In this document: positions 40,948-50,337 of the stretch, piece by piece | How the letters are laid out: every line of letters starts with the position of its first letter | Position numbering within the stretch: position 1 is the stretch's first letter | Source: an uncultured Chloroflexia bacterium | GTDB taxonomy: Bacteria; Chloroflexota; Limnocylindria; Limnocylindrales; CSP1-4 | Direction: 5' to 3' | NCBI GenBank assembly: GCA_963813305.1 | Contig: CAWEYP010000019.1 | Location: 130,727 to 194,726 of the forward strand | DNA length: 64,000 bases | The notes under the pieces: model-generated | Seen by the model: the letters and a program-made list of their open reading frames with translations, nothing else | Told to the model about the DNA's origin: nothing | Database searches by the model: none | Made by a program: the position numbers and the translations under genes

Positions 40948-43690
40948 GCACGAGCCCTTCGAGGCCCGCTTCCACACCGCCGTCCGGGACTACGCCGGAC
41001 GCGTCTCGTCCGACCTCGACCCAGTCGACCTCGCCCGGCGTATCGCGTCCGCGGAGCCGCGGCGTGGCCGACACGGCGCCGTCATGCCCTGGGCCTTCGC
41101 CCCTGCCCGCCGCACCTGGACCGTCCTCCTGGCGGCGGCCCTGCTCGCCGCGCTTGCCGGCGGGCTGCTCCTGGCAGGCTCGCCGCTCTGGCAGCGGTTC
41201 CCGGCCGTGGTGCCCCCGGTCGTGTCGCCGACCGGCATGGCGGAGGCCACGGCGAGCGAACCGGCGACCACGTCGCCGAGCCCCAGCCCGGCCGCGAGCC
41301 CGGAACCCTCGGGGTCGGGGGCGATCCCGCCCGCGTTGACCGCCGGGTTCTCGTCGGCGGGCTCCATGGCCGTGGCTCGCACGAGGCACACGGCCACGCT
41401 CCTCGCCGACGGCCGCGTCCTCGTTGCCGGCGGATGGGACGGCGCGACTCAGGTTGCCTCGGCCGAGCTCTACGACCCGTCGACCGATACCTTCAGCCGG
41501 ACCGACTCGATGCGCAGGGCGAGGGAGTGCCACACCGCCATGCTGCTCCCGGACGGACACGTGCTCGTTGCCGGCGGCTCAGGTGCGGGCGAATACACGG
41601 CCGCGGCCGAGCTCTTCGACCCGGCGTCCGCCACGTTCAGCCCGACCGGGGGGATGTCCGTGGCACGCTGCCGTGCCACGGCGACGCTGCTGCCTGATGG
41701 GCGGGTGCTGGTAGCGGGCGGGACAAGGGACGCCGGGGCACCGCTCGCCTCGGCCGAGGTCTACGACCCCGTCACCGCCACCTTCAGCCCGACGGGTTCC
41801 ATGGTGCACTGGCGATACGATCACACGGCCACGCTGCTGGGCGACGGCCGCGTCCTTCTCGCGGGCACCAGCAACGCCGGACAGGCCGAGATGCCATTGT
41901 CGGCCGAGCTGTACGACCCGGGGACCGGCACGTTCACCCTGACGGGCTCGATGAACACCGGACACTCCTCCCACACGGCGATCCTCATGCGCGACGGCCG
42001 GGTCCTCATCGCCGGCGGGGGTTCGTCGACCGAGATCTACGACCCGGGGAGCGGCACCTTCACCCCGGCGAGCTCGATGACAGAGAACCGCTGGGACCAC
42101 ACGGCAACGCCGTTGCCCGACGGGCGCATCCTCGTAGCGGGCGGCGAGGGCCAGACCATCTTTGCCTCCACCGAGCTGTACGACCCTGCCGCGGACTCCT
42201 TCAGCCCGACCAGCCTCATGGCCAGCCCGCGGTCCGCCCACACGGCCACGCTCCTGCGCGATGGGCAGGTGCTCATTGCGGGGGGCAGTGCCGCCTACGG
42301 CAACGGTGCGCTGAAGTCCGCGGAACGGTACTTCGTCGCCCCGGGCTCCTCCGGCCCCGCGCCGCTCGTCCCGATGCCTGCGGCCGCAGAGCTCCCGCTC
42401 AAGGGCAGCGCAACGACGGTCGGCCTTGCGGCCCAGGCCGACGGTGGCCTGTTCGTCGCGGTGCCGTCGGCGCGAGGCACGACTTTCGCCTCGCTGGACG
42501 CGAAGGGCGGATTCCGCGCGGGCTGGCCCCTGTTGCTCGCGCGCTCCTCAGGCTGCCGGATCCACGCGGACCCGGGTGACGGCTCGATGCGCGCGGTCTG
42601 CCGACGCGATGGGACGTCGATGATCACCGCCTATGCCTTCGACGCCGCCGGCCGGCTGCTCAACGGCTGGCCCGTCCACCTTCCCGGCAAGGGGCTGAGC
42701 TCCTGGCTTAGCGAACCGACGCGACTCATCGACGGCGATCTCTACGTGGTCTTCCTCGGCACCGAGCCGGCCACAGCGACGCTGCTGCGCGTCGCCCGGG
42801 ACGGCTCGCTGCGCGTCGGGGCGATGGTCGAGGGCGTGGCGGGCAGTCGCACGACCATCGGTCCCGACGGGACTGCGCACGTCCTCGACAGCGGCGATGA
42901 GTCGACCATCACGGCGATCACGCTCGACGGAACGATGCCCGGCTACCCGGTCCGCCTCGACGGTCTTGCCTCCCTTCCCGCCTTCGCGCCCGACGGCCGC
43001 TGGTTCGCCACGGTCGAGGAGGCGGCCGCTGGGGACGCGGTGACGGACGGGACGGCGCGGGTGTTCGCGTTCACGACAGCCGGCCGCCCGCTCGACGGGT
43101 GGCCGGCGCAGGTCCCGATCGACACCTGGACGCGCGTCGGTGACGGCGGAGCCGTCGTGGACCCGCCCGTCGTCACGCGCGACGGATGGATCTACGTTGT
43201 CGCGGGATCGCAGCGAGGCAGTGGAGAAACGCCCGGCACCATCGCGTACGTCTTCGGCCCAGACGGCGGCGAGCGCGCGGGTTCGCCCTACGAGTCGGCG
43301 GACGAGCTCGTCGCCAGGTGGGGCGGGGGGGTCACAACAATCGAGTGCGGTCCTAGCATGACCGCCTCCTCACCGCCCATCGGCGGTCCGGAAGGCACCC
43401 TCTTCCTCGCCGTTCGGAGCTCGGGCAGCAAGGCCGGGGGCGGCGATCGGATCGTGTCGGTCGGTGCCTCCGGGAAGGTCAACGCGGGTTGGCCGGTCAC
43501 CCTCGCCGAGAAGGGCGCCTGGTTCGAGACGTTCGAGGTCGGAGACGCCGGCACGCTGTTCGGATATGCGCTCGAGCCCGCCGGGACCACCTCCAACCCG
43601 TGCGGGAAGGCCACCACCTACTCCGGCACCATCCTCGCCCTCGATGGGCATGGCGACGCCATCTACACGACGACGATCACCGTGCCGTAG
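40940..43690 (+). CDS. Probable anti-sigma factor: small cytoplasmic N-domain, TM, 7 Kelch repeats, second GWP-repeat propeller (916 aa)
   Basis: Overlaps the ECF stop. TM WTVLLAAALLAALAGGLLLA, then Kelch units M..AR..HTATLL.DGRVLVAGG...SAELYDP. Confidence 0.85.
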   Translation: MTEHEPFEARFHTAVRDYAGRVSSDLDPVDLARRIASAEPRRGRHGAVMPWAFAPARRTWTVLLAAALLAALAGGLLLAGSPLWQRFPAVVPPVVSPTGMAEATASEPATTSPSPSPAASPEPSGSGAIPPALTAGFSSAGSMAVARTRHTATLLADGRVLVAGGWDGATQVASAELYDPSTDTFSRTDSMRRARECHTAMLLPDGHVLVAGGSGAGEYTAAAELFDPASATFSPTGGMSVARCRATATLLPDGRVLVAGGTRDAGAPLASAEVYDPVTATFSPTGSMVHWRYDHTATLLGDGRVLLAGTSNAGQAEMPLSAELYDPGTGTFTLTGSMNTGHSSHTAILMRDGRVLIAGGGSSTEIYDPGSGTFTPASSMTENRWDHTATPLPDGRILVAGGEGQTIFASTELYDPAADSFSPTSLMASPRSAHTATLLRDGQVLIAGGSAAYGNGALKSAERYFVAPGSSGPAPLVPMPAAAELPLKGSATTVGLAAQADGGLFVAVPSARGTTFASLDAKGGFRAGWPLLLARSSGCRIHADPGDGSMRAVCRRDGTSMITAYAFDAAGRLLNGWPVHLPGKGLSSWLSEPTRLIDGDLYVVFLGTEPATATLLRVARDGSLRVGAMVEGVAGSRTTIGPDGTAHVLDSGDESTITAITLDGTMPGYPVRLDGLASLPAFAPDGRWFATVEEAAAGDAVTDGTARVFAFTTAGRPLDGWPAQVPIDTWTRVGDGGAVVDPPVVTRDGWIYVVAGSQRGSGETPGTIAYVFGPDGGERAGSPYESADELVARWGGGVTTIECGPSMTASSPPIGGPEGTLFLAVRSSGSKAGGGDRIVSVGASGKVNAGWPVTLAEKGAWFETFEVGDAGTLFGYALEPAGTTSNPCGKATTYSGTILALDGHGDAIYTTTITVP
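41345..42334 (+). repeat. Seven coding Kelch repeats (about 47 aa each)
   Basis: Recurring TFSPTGSM...HTATLL.DG.VL.AGG...AELYDP. Confidence 0.9.
42510..43505 (+). repeat. Six irregularly spaced coding G(W/Y)P repeats
   Basis: AGWPLLL, NGWPVHL, PGYPVRL, DGWPAQV, AGSPYES and AGWPVTL. Confidence 0.7.
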
Positions 43691-43810
43691 CGCACCGGCC
43701 TGCGAGCTCCGGCGGCCAGCTGCCCTCGGCGAGCGGCTCCGCGCCCCGCCCGGTGGTCGCGCCTCGCCCATCGCCCGCCCCACGGTTCGACCCCGCTACA
43801 CTTCGCGGCG

Positions 43811-44800
43811 ATGGCCAGCACGCTTCCCACCCGGGTCCGCTGCTTCAGCGGCATCCAGCCCTCGGGCGCCCCGCACATCGGCAACGACCTGGGCGCGATC
43901 CGCAACTACGTCGCGCTGCAGGACCAGTACGAGTCGATCTACTGCATCGTCGACTTCCACGCGCTCACCACGGTCCACGACGCCGACCGCCTGCGCCGCC
44001 AGACGCGCGAGATGGCGGCGGCGCTGCTGGCCCTCGGTCTCGACCCGTCAAAGTGCGCCCTGTTCGTGCAGAGTCATCGCCCCGAGGTCGCCGAGCTGAT
44101 GTGGCTCTTCTCGACCGTTACGCCGGTGAGCTGGCTGCTGCGGACGCCGACCTACAAGGAGAAGCGGGCCAACCAGCCCGACGACGTCAACCACGGCCTG
44201 CTCACCTACCCCGTCCTGCAGGCCGCCGACATCGTCCTGTACAAGGCCTCGGTCGTCCCGGTGGGCAAGGACCAGGCCGCCCACCTGGAGCTCTCGCGGG
44301 AGATCGCCCGGGCGTTCAACAACCGCTACGGCGAGACATTCCCCGAGCCGCAGGCGGTGCACACCGAGGCTCCCGTCGTCCTGGGCACCGACGGCGCGAA
44401 GAAGATGTCGAAGTCAATCGGGAACACGATCGAGATCTTCGCCCCCGAGGACGAGATCCGGCGCCAGGTGATGGGGATGGTCACCGACACGCTGCGGATC
44501 AAGCGGACCGACCCCGGGCACCCGGAGCGCTGCAACGTCTGCCAGCTCCACCGCTTCTTCGGCGACGACTACGCCGAGATCTGGGAGGGCGAGCGCACGG
44601 CGCGGACCGGCTGCGTCGACACCAAGAAGCTCCTCGTGGAGCGGCTGCTGCGCTACTACGCCGACGCCCGCGAGCGGTATGTCGAGTTGATCGCCCACCC
44701 GGCGCGGGTCGACGGAATCCTGGAGGACGGCGCGGCGCGCCTCAAGCCGATCGCCGACGCGACGCTCGCCGAAGTCCACGCGAAGATGGGGCTGCGGTAG
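43811..44800 (+). CDS. trpS: Tryptophanyl-tRNA synthetase
   Basis: SGIQPSG..HIGN, YPVLQAADI, VPVGKDQ..HLE and KMSKS. Confidence 0.97.
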   Translation: MASTLPTRVRCFSGIQPSGAPHIGNDLGAIRNYVALQDQYESIYCIVDFHALTTVHDADRLRRQTREMAAALLALGLDPSKCALFVQSHRPEVAELMWLFSTVTPVSWLLRTPTYKEKRANQPDDVNHGLLTYPVLQAADIVLYKASVVPVGKDQAAHLELSREIARAFNNRYGETFPEPQAVHTEAPVVLGTDGAKKMSKSIGNTIEIFAPEDEIRRQVMGMVTDTLRIKRTDPGHPERCNVCQLHRFFGDDYAEIWEGERTARTGCVDTKKLLVERLLRYYADARERYVELIAHPARVDGILEDGAARLKPIADATLAEVHAKMGLR

Positions 44801-44973
44801 CCCAGGCGCCGGCGCGCGGGGTGGCGGCCGGCTCGTCGGCAGACGCGCGGCGAGGCGGTTCGGGCACGGGAAGGCTCCGCGGGCACGGGCAGCCCTGCTA
44901 CGATCGGCGGAGGCCGGGCCCGCCAGGCCCGCCCGACCGGCACGGCCGGACGACCGAGGGTCACGCCACGGAC

Positions 44974-46477
44974 GTGGAGCAGCCCGCCGCGCAGCCACCC
45001 GCCACCGAGGAGCAGGCGTCGTCCGCGCCGCCGACGGTGCCGTCGGGGCAGGCCGGCCTGCAGCCGGCGGCGCCTCCCGCGGCGACGCCACCCACGACGG
45101 TGTTTCTCACCGCCGCGCGAGCGCCGCTGGCTGACGATCCTCATGACCCTGGGGTCGATCGCCCTCTTCTTCGTCGTCCTCAACCAGGTCGCCGCCGTCT
45201 GGCTGATCTTCTCCGACCTGATCCTGACGTTCTTCTTCGCCTGGCTCCTCGGGTTCATCCTGGAGCCGGTCGCGGGGTGGCTCACCCGCTTCATGCCCCG
45301 CGTCCTCGCCGTGACGATCGCCTACGGGTCGGTCGCGCTGGTGGCCTTCGGGCTGGTCGTGGTGGCCGCCTCCGCCCTCTTCGCGTCGATGACCGACTTC
45401 CTGAACAACCTGCCCCAGTTTCAGCAGGACCTGATCGCCCTCGTCAAGCCGATCTCGGACTGGCTCACCTCGGCGGGCTTCGACCGGATTGACCTGTCCG
45501 CCCAGGTCGAGACCCTGCTGGGCACGCTGGCCGCGCAGGCACAGAACGTGCTGGGCCCGCTGCAGGACGTCGCCGTCGCCAGCGTCGGGTTCGTCGGCAA
45601 CCTGCTGATCGTCTTCTTCCTGGCCATCTTCATCTCGATCGACCGGGCGGCCATCGGCTCGTTCCTGCTGCGCCTCGTGCCGCCCTCGTACAGCAACGAG
45701 GCGCACCTCCTGACGGAAAGCGTCGGGCGCTCCTTCGGCGGCTTCATCCGGGGCATGGTCGTGATCGGCGGGTCGTACGCGCTCGTCGCGCTCCTGTGCA
45801 ACGTGGTGCTCGGCCTGGACTACGCGGCGTTCACCACGACCGTGGCAGGGATCCTCATGGCGATCCCCTTCTTCGGGCCCTTCGTGGCATGGTCGCCGCC
45901 GGTGATCGTGGCGGCCGTCACGCAGCCCGACGCGCTGCTGCCGGCCATCGCGATCATGGGCGTCGGGTGGTTCCTCAACCAGAACATCCTGCAGCCGCGC
46001 GTGCTGGCCAACGCCGTGGGCCTCCACCCGGTCGTGGTGCTGGCATCGGTGCTCATCGGCACCAAGCTCTTCGGCATCCCCGGCGCGCTCTTCGGGCTGC
46101 CCGTCGCCGCGGTCATCTCGTCATTCTTCTTCTACTTCCTGCGCCGCAACGTGAATCCCGACGAGCGCTCGGTCGCGGCGCGGGCGGCCCAGCGACTCTC
46201 CGAGCGCGAGGGGCGGCCGAAGCGGGTGCCGCGCGAGCCGCGCCCGGGCGAGGAGGAGGAGATCCTCGCAGAGCAGGTGGGCCTGCAGGTGGACGGGATG
46301 CTCGGGACGACGCGGGCGCCCGACGGGACGCCGATCGTCGACGGGGGTGGCCGGCGGAGGTGCAGCCACCGGCGGAGCCACGCCGGCGCTGGCGGACGCC
46401 GCGCCCGGGCCGGCCCACGCCACGGGCGCGTCGGCCCACGCTTCGCCGGGTCCGCCGACCGGCCCGCGCCCGGATGA
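44974..46477 (+). CDS. AI-2E (PerM) family transporter with low-complexity termini (indel near 45120)
   Basis: FFAWLL.FILEP, GFIRG, IPFFGP, QNILQPRV, GLHPVVVL and FGIPGALFGLP. Confidence 0.88.
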
Positions 46478-47250
46478 CCCCCCGACCCAGGATCCTCGTC
46501 ACCAACGACGACGGGATCGAGTCGCGCGGGCTGCTGGCGCTCAAGCAGGCGCTGGAGCCGCTCGGCGAGGTGCTGGTCATCGCCCCGGACACGAACCAGA
46601 GCGCGGTCGGCCACTCGCGGACCATGTGGCGGCCGCTCCGCGTGCGGGAGAGGACCCTGGCTGACGGCTCGCCGGCCTGGTCGATCGACGGCTCGCCGTC
46701 CGACGCGGTCGGCCTCGTCTTCCTGGGGCTGCTGCCGGGCCCGATCGACCTGGTCGCGAGCGGGATCAACCACGGGGCCAACCTCGGCGACGACATCACC
46801 TACTCGGGCACCGTGAGCGCGGCGATGGAGGCGGTCCTCAACGGCTGCCCGGCGTTCGCGATCAGCCACGACGACTACGCGCCGGCCGACTTCGAGCTGG
46901 CAATTGCCGCGGCGCGGGTCGTCGCCGAGGCGATCCTGGCGCGTGGCCTGGAGCCCGGCCAGCTGCTCAACGTCAACGTGCCCGCGATCCCGAAGGCGGC
47001 CTGCGCCGGCTTCGAGGTGGCCCGGCTGGGCAAGCGCACCTACCAGGACGAGCTCATCCGGCGCGAGGATCCCCGCGGCGTCCCGTACTACTGGGTCGGC
47101 GGCTCGCCCCCCAAGGGGCACGCGATCCCGGGCACGGACGTCGACGCGGTGCTGAACAACAAGGTCTCCGTGACGCCGATCCAGCTGGACCTGACGGCCG
47201 ACCGCTTCCTGGAGCGCCTGCGCGGCTGGGAGCTGACCCTCGGCGAGTAG
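46474..47250 (+). CDS. surE: 5'/3'-nucleotidase SurE
   Basis: ILVTNDDGI, NQSAVGHS, DGSPSDAV, SGINHGANLG and YSGTVSAA. Confidence 0.96.
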   Translation: MTPRPRILVTNDDGIESRGLLALKQALEPLGEVLVIAPDTNQSAVGHSRTMWRPLRVRERTLADGSPAWSIDGSPSDAVGLVFLGLLPGPIDLVASGINHGANLGDDITYSGTVSAAMEAVLNGCPAFAISHDDYAPADFELAIAAARVVAEAILARGLEPGQLLNVNVPAIPKAACAGFEVARLGKRTYQDELIRREDPRGVPYYWVGGSPPKGHAIPGTDVDAVLNNKVSVTPIQLDLTADRFLERLRGWELTLGE

Positions 47251-47389
47251 GCCGACCGACCGACCGCACGCGGCGACAATCGGCCCGTCTTCGTGGCGAC
47301 CTCAGACCGGTTCGCCCGGGCTTCGGTGCGCGTACCCTCGGACGTGCAGGCCACGCTGCGCGTGCGCGCGAACCGATCGGAGACAGGCG

Positions 47390-48688
47390 ATGGGCGACGT
47401 CCTCGCGGTCGTGCTGGCGGGTGGCGCCGGCGAGCGCCTCTCCATCCTGTCGGCGATCCGCTCCAAGCCGGCGGTCCCGTTCGGCGGCAAGTACCGGCTG
47501 ATCGACTTCAGCCTCTCGAACTGCGAGAACTCGGGCATCGACGACGTCCTGGTGCTCACTCAGTACAACCCGCGCTCCCTGAACGACCACATCGGCACGG
47601 GGCGTCCGTGGGGCTTCGACCGGCCCCGAGGCCTGGGCATCAAGCTGCTGCAGCCGTACGTGTCGGCCCAGACCAGCGGCTGGTACCAGGGCACGGCGGA
47701 CGCCGTCCGCTACAACCTCCACGAGATCGACCAGGCCGGCGCCGACATGGTGCTCATCCTGGGCGGCGACCACGTCTACAAGATGGACTACCGCCCCATG
47801 ATCGCGGCTCACCAGCGCAGCGGCGCCGACGTGACGATCGGCGTGCTGACCGTGTCGCCAGAAGAGGCATCCCGGATGGGGATCTGCAGCCTCGACGAGG
47901 GAGGGCGCGTCGTCGACTGGGAGGAGAAGCCGGCCGAGCCGAAGAGCGATCTCGCGTCGATGGGCATCTACGTCTTCTCGCGGCCCGCGCTCCACGCCTG
48001 GCTGACCGGGGAACGGAGCGACTTCGGGCACGATGTGATCCCGGCCATGCTGGCCGGCGGCGCGGCCGTCTTCGGCCATCGGTTCGGCGGCTACTGGCGC
48101 GACGTGGGAACGATCGAGGCCTACTGGAAGGCCAACCTCGACCTGGTCGGCCTGGTGCCGCCGCTCGACCTCTTCGACCGGACATGGCTCATCCACACGC
48201 GCTCGGAGGAGCGCTCACCCGCCAAGATGGGCCCCGACGCCCTCACCCGCCATTCGCTGGTCAGCCACGGCTGCATCGTGAACGGCACCGTCCTCAACTC
48301 GGTCCTGTCGCCGGGCGTGCGGGTCTCCGAGGGGGCGCTCGTGCGCGACTCGGTCATCCTGCTCGACACGGAGATCGGCGCCGGGGCCGTCGTCGACACG
48401 GCCATCATCGACAAGTTCGTGCAGGTCGGCGCCGGGGCGGTGGTCGGTGCCTGGGACGACCGGGGAACGGCCAACGTGGATGAGCCCGAGCGCCTCTTCA
48501 CCGGCATCACGGTCGTCGGCGAGCGGTCCCGCATCCCGCCCGGCGCCCGGATCGGACGCAACTGCCTCGTCGCGCCGCGGACCGACGAGGCCGACTTCTC
48601 CGCGTTCCCGGGCCTGGTCGTCCCGTCGGGCGCCTCGGTCGCGCGCCGCGAGCCCGGGGGTCAGCCGGAGGCGCCCAGCCGGGCCTGA
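47390..48688 (+). CDS. glgC: Glucose-1-phosphate adenylyltransferase
   Basis: LAGGAGERL...RSKPAVPFGGKYRLIDFSLSN, GTADAV, GDHVYKMDY, ASMGIY, DFGHDVIP and YWRDVGT. Confidence 0.92.
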   Translation: MGDVLAVVLAGGAGERLSILSAIRSKPAVPFGGKYRLIDFSLSNCENSGIDDVLVLTQYNPRSLNDHIGTGRPWGFDRPRGLGIKLLQPYVSAQTSGWYQGTADAVRYNLHEIDQAGADMVLILGGDHVYKMDYRPMIAAHQRSGADVTIGVLTVSPEEASRMGICSLDEGGRVVDWEEKPAEPKSDLASMGIYVFSRPALHAWLTGERSDFGHDVIPAMLAGGAAVFGHRFGGYWRDVGTIEAYWKANLDLVGLVPPLDLFDRTWLIHTRSEERSPAKMGPDALTRHSLVSHGCIVNGTVLNSVLSPGVRVSEGALVRDSVILLDTEIGAGAVVDTAIIDKFVQVGAGAVVGAWDDRGTANVDEPERLFTGITVVGERSRIPPGARIGRNCLVAPRTDEADFSAFPGLVVPSGASVARREPGGQPEAPSRA

Positions 48689-48708
48689 TCGCGCCCTCCC
48701 GACTGCCG

Positions 48709-50337
48709 TCAGCGGCGCCTGCGTCGGTCGGCCAGGATCTCCTTCACGGCGTTGTGCGCCGGCGCGCCGGTGACGCCGCCGCCGGGGTGCGCCCCCGGGC
48801 CGACGAGGTAGAGCCCCTCGACCGGCATCCGGTAGCGGGCCCAGCCCACGAGCGGCCGCCAGGCGAACCAGGCGTCGAGCCCGGGCTCCTGGTGGTAGGG
48901 ATGGCCGCCGGTGAGGCCGTACTCGGCCTCGAGGTCGGCCGGCGTGAGGACCTCGCGTGCCGTGACGAGCGACCCGATGCCCGGCGCGACCTCCTCGAGG
49001 GCGGCCACGACCCGTTCGCCCAGGGTGGTTCGCGCCGTCTCGTCCCAGGCGCCGTCGCGGAGGTGGTGCGGCACGTACTGGGCGACGATGCTCACGACGT
49101 GGCCGCCCTCGCGAGCCGCCAGCGACGGGTCCACCAGCGTCGGGATCGTCGCCTCCATCACCAGCCGGTCGGAGACCCGCCCGTACTTGCTCGCGTCGAA
49201 GGCGCGCTCCAGGTCGTCGATCCCGGTCGCCCCGACCAGGATCCTGCCCCGGAGCCGCTTCGCGGCGTCGTCGCCGTCGCCGGCGGCCGGGAAGCGCGGC
49301 AGGGCCGAGAGCGCGAGGTTGACCTTCGCGACCGTGCCGGGCTGGCGGATGTTGCCGGCCCGCCAGCGCAGGTGCGGGCCGAGGTCCAGCGGTCCGAGGA
49401 GCCCGAGCAGCGTCCGCTTCGGGTCGAGGCCCGAGGCCACGATCGGCGCCGCGATCTCCTCGCCGGAAGCCAGCGCGACGCCCGTGACGCGGCCGTCGTA
49501 CGACGTCACGGCGGCCACCTCGGCCCCGGTCCGGAGCTCGGCGCCGAACGCCAGCGCCGCCGCCGCCAGGGCGTCCGTCAGCGCGCCGGGACCGCCCTTC
49601 GCGAAGACCGCCTGGCCCGCCCCGCCGCCGTCGTTGCCGGCGGAATCGGCGAGCAGCGTCGCGGTCGTGCCCATCGACCAGGCACCCAGCCCGGTGAACA
49701 GGATTGCCCGTGCCGCGACCGTCGCCCGGACCGCGTCCGTCTCGAAGGATTCGCCGACGAAGTCGGCCACCGCCATGGGCAGGACGCGGAGCAGGTTCCG
49801 CGCGTCGGCCTTGCTGAGCTTCTTGTAGGCCCGGCCGAGGAAGAGCCCCGTGATCGCGTCGGCCAGGCTCGGGCCGGACGTGGCAGGCGGCGCCTGCTCG
49901 CCGAGCGCGGCGAGGAACCCGGCCAGCACCCGGACCTGGCGGTCGAACGCCTCCCAGGCCAGCGAATCGGCGCCCGACCAGGTGGCCAGGTCGGCCGCCG
50001 TCCGGTCGTTGGCGGCCCACAGGGTGACCGCCCGGCCGTCGGGCTGCGGGGCGAAGGCGCGGACCTCGGGTGCCACCAGGGACAGCCCGCGGGCGCCCAG
50101 GTCGAGCTCGCGGTAGACGGCGGGGCGCAGGCGCCCGACCGTGTGGAACAGGCCCGGCGCGCGGGACCCGTCGTCGAGCGTGCGCGTCTCGACGGTCCCG
50201 CCGAGCGTCGCCCGCTTCTCCAGGACGAGCGTCCGAAGGCCGGCCTTGGCGAGGTACGCTGCCGCGACGAGGCCGTTGTGGCCGCCGCCGACGACGACCG
50301 CGTCGTAGCCGGCGGAAGGCTGCGTGCTCGCGGCCAT
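48709..50337 (-). CDS. FAD-dependent oxidoreductase, PYROXD2/phytoene-desaturase-like family (diverged copy)
   Basis: VVGGGHNGLVAAAYLAKAG, KGGPGAL and GAHPGGGVTGAP. Confidence 0.88.
   Translation of the reverse strand: MAASTQPSAGYDAVVVGGGHNGLVAAAYLAKAGLRTLVLEKRATLGGTVETRTLDDGSRAPGLFHTVGRLRPAVYRELDLGARGLSLVAPEVRAFAPQPDGRAVTLWAANDRTAADLATWSGADSLAWEAFDRQVRVLAGFLAALGEQAPPATSGPSLADAITGLFLGRAYKKLSKADARNLLRVLPMAVADFVGESFETDAVRATVAARAILFTGLGAWSMGTTATLLADSAGNDGGGAGQAVFAKGGPGALTDALAAAALAFGAELRTGAEVAAVTSYDGRVTGVALASGEEIAAPIVASGLDPKRTLLGLLGPLDLGPHLRWRAGNIRQPGTVAKVNLALSALPRFPAAGDGDDAAKRLRGRILVGATGIDDLERAFDASKYGRVSDRLVMEATIPTLVDPSLAAREGGHVVSIVAQYVPHHLRDGAWDETARTTLGERVVAALEEVAPGIGSLVTAREVLTPADLEAEYGLTGGHPYHQEPGLDAWFAWRPLVGWARYRMPVEGLYLVGPGAHPGGGVTGAPAHNAVKEILADRRRRR

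Noticed and set aside
41345-42334. CRISPR-like periodic repeats
   Set aside because: The periodicity is in-frame Kelch coding sequence with degenerate third positions, and no cas genes are present.
43784-43794. GGTTCGA T-loop-like motif suggesting a tRNA or T-box before trpS
   Set aside because: There is no cloverleaf or T-box bulge, and it sits next to the trpS -10.
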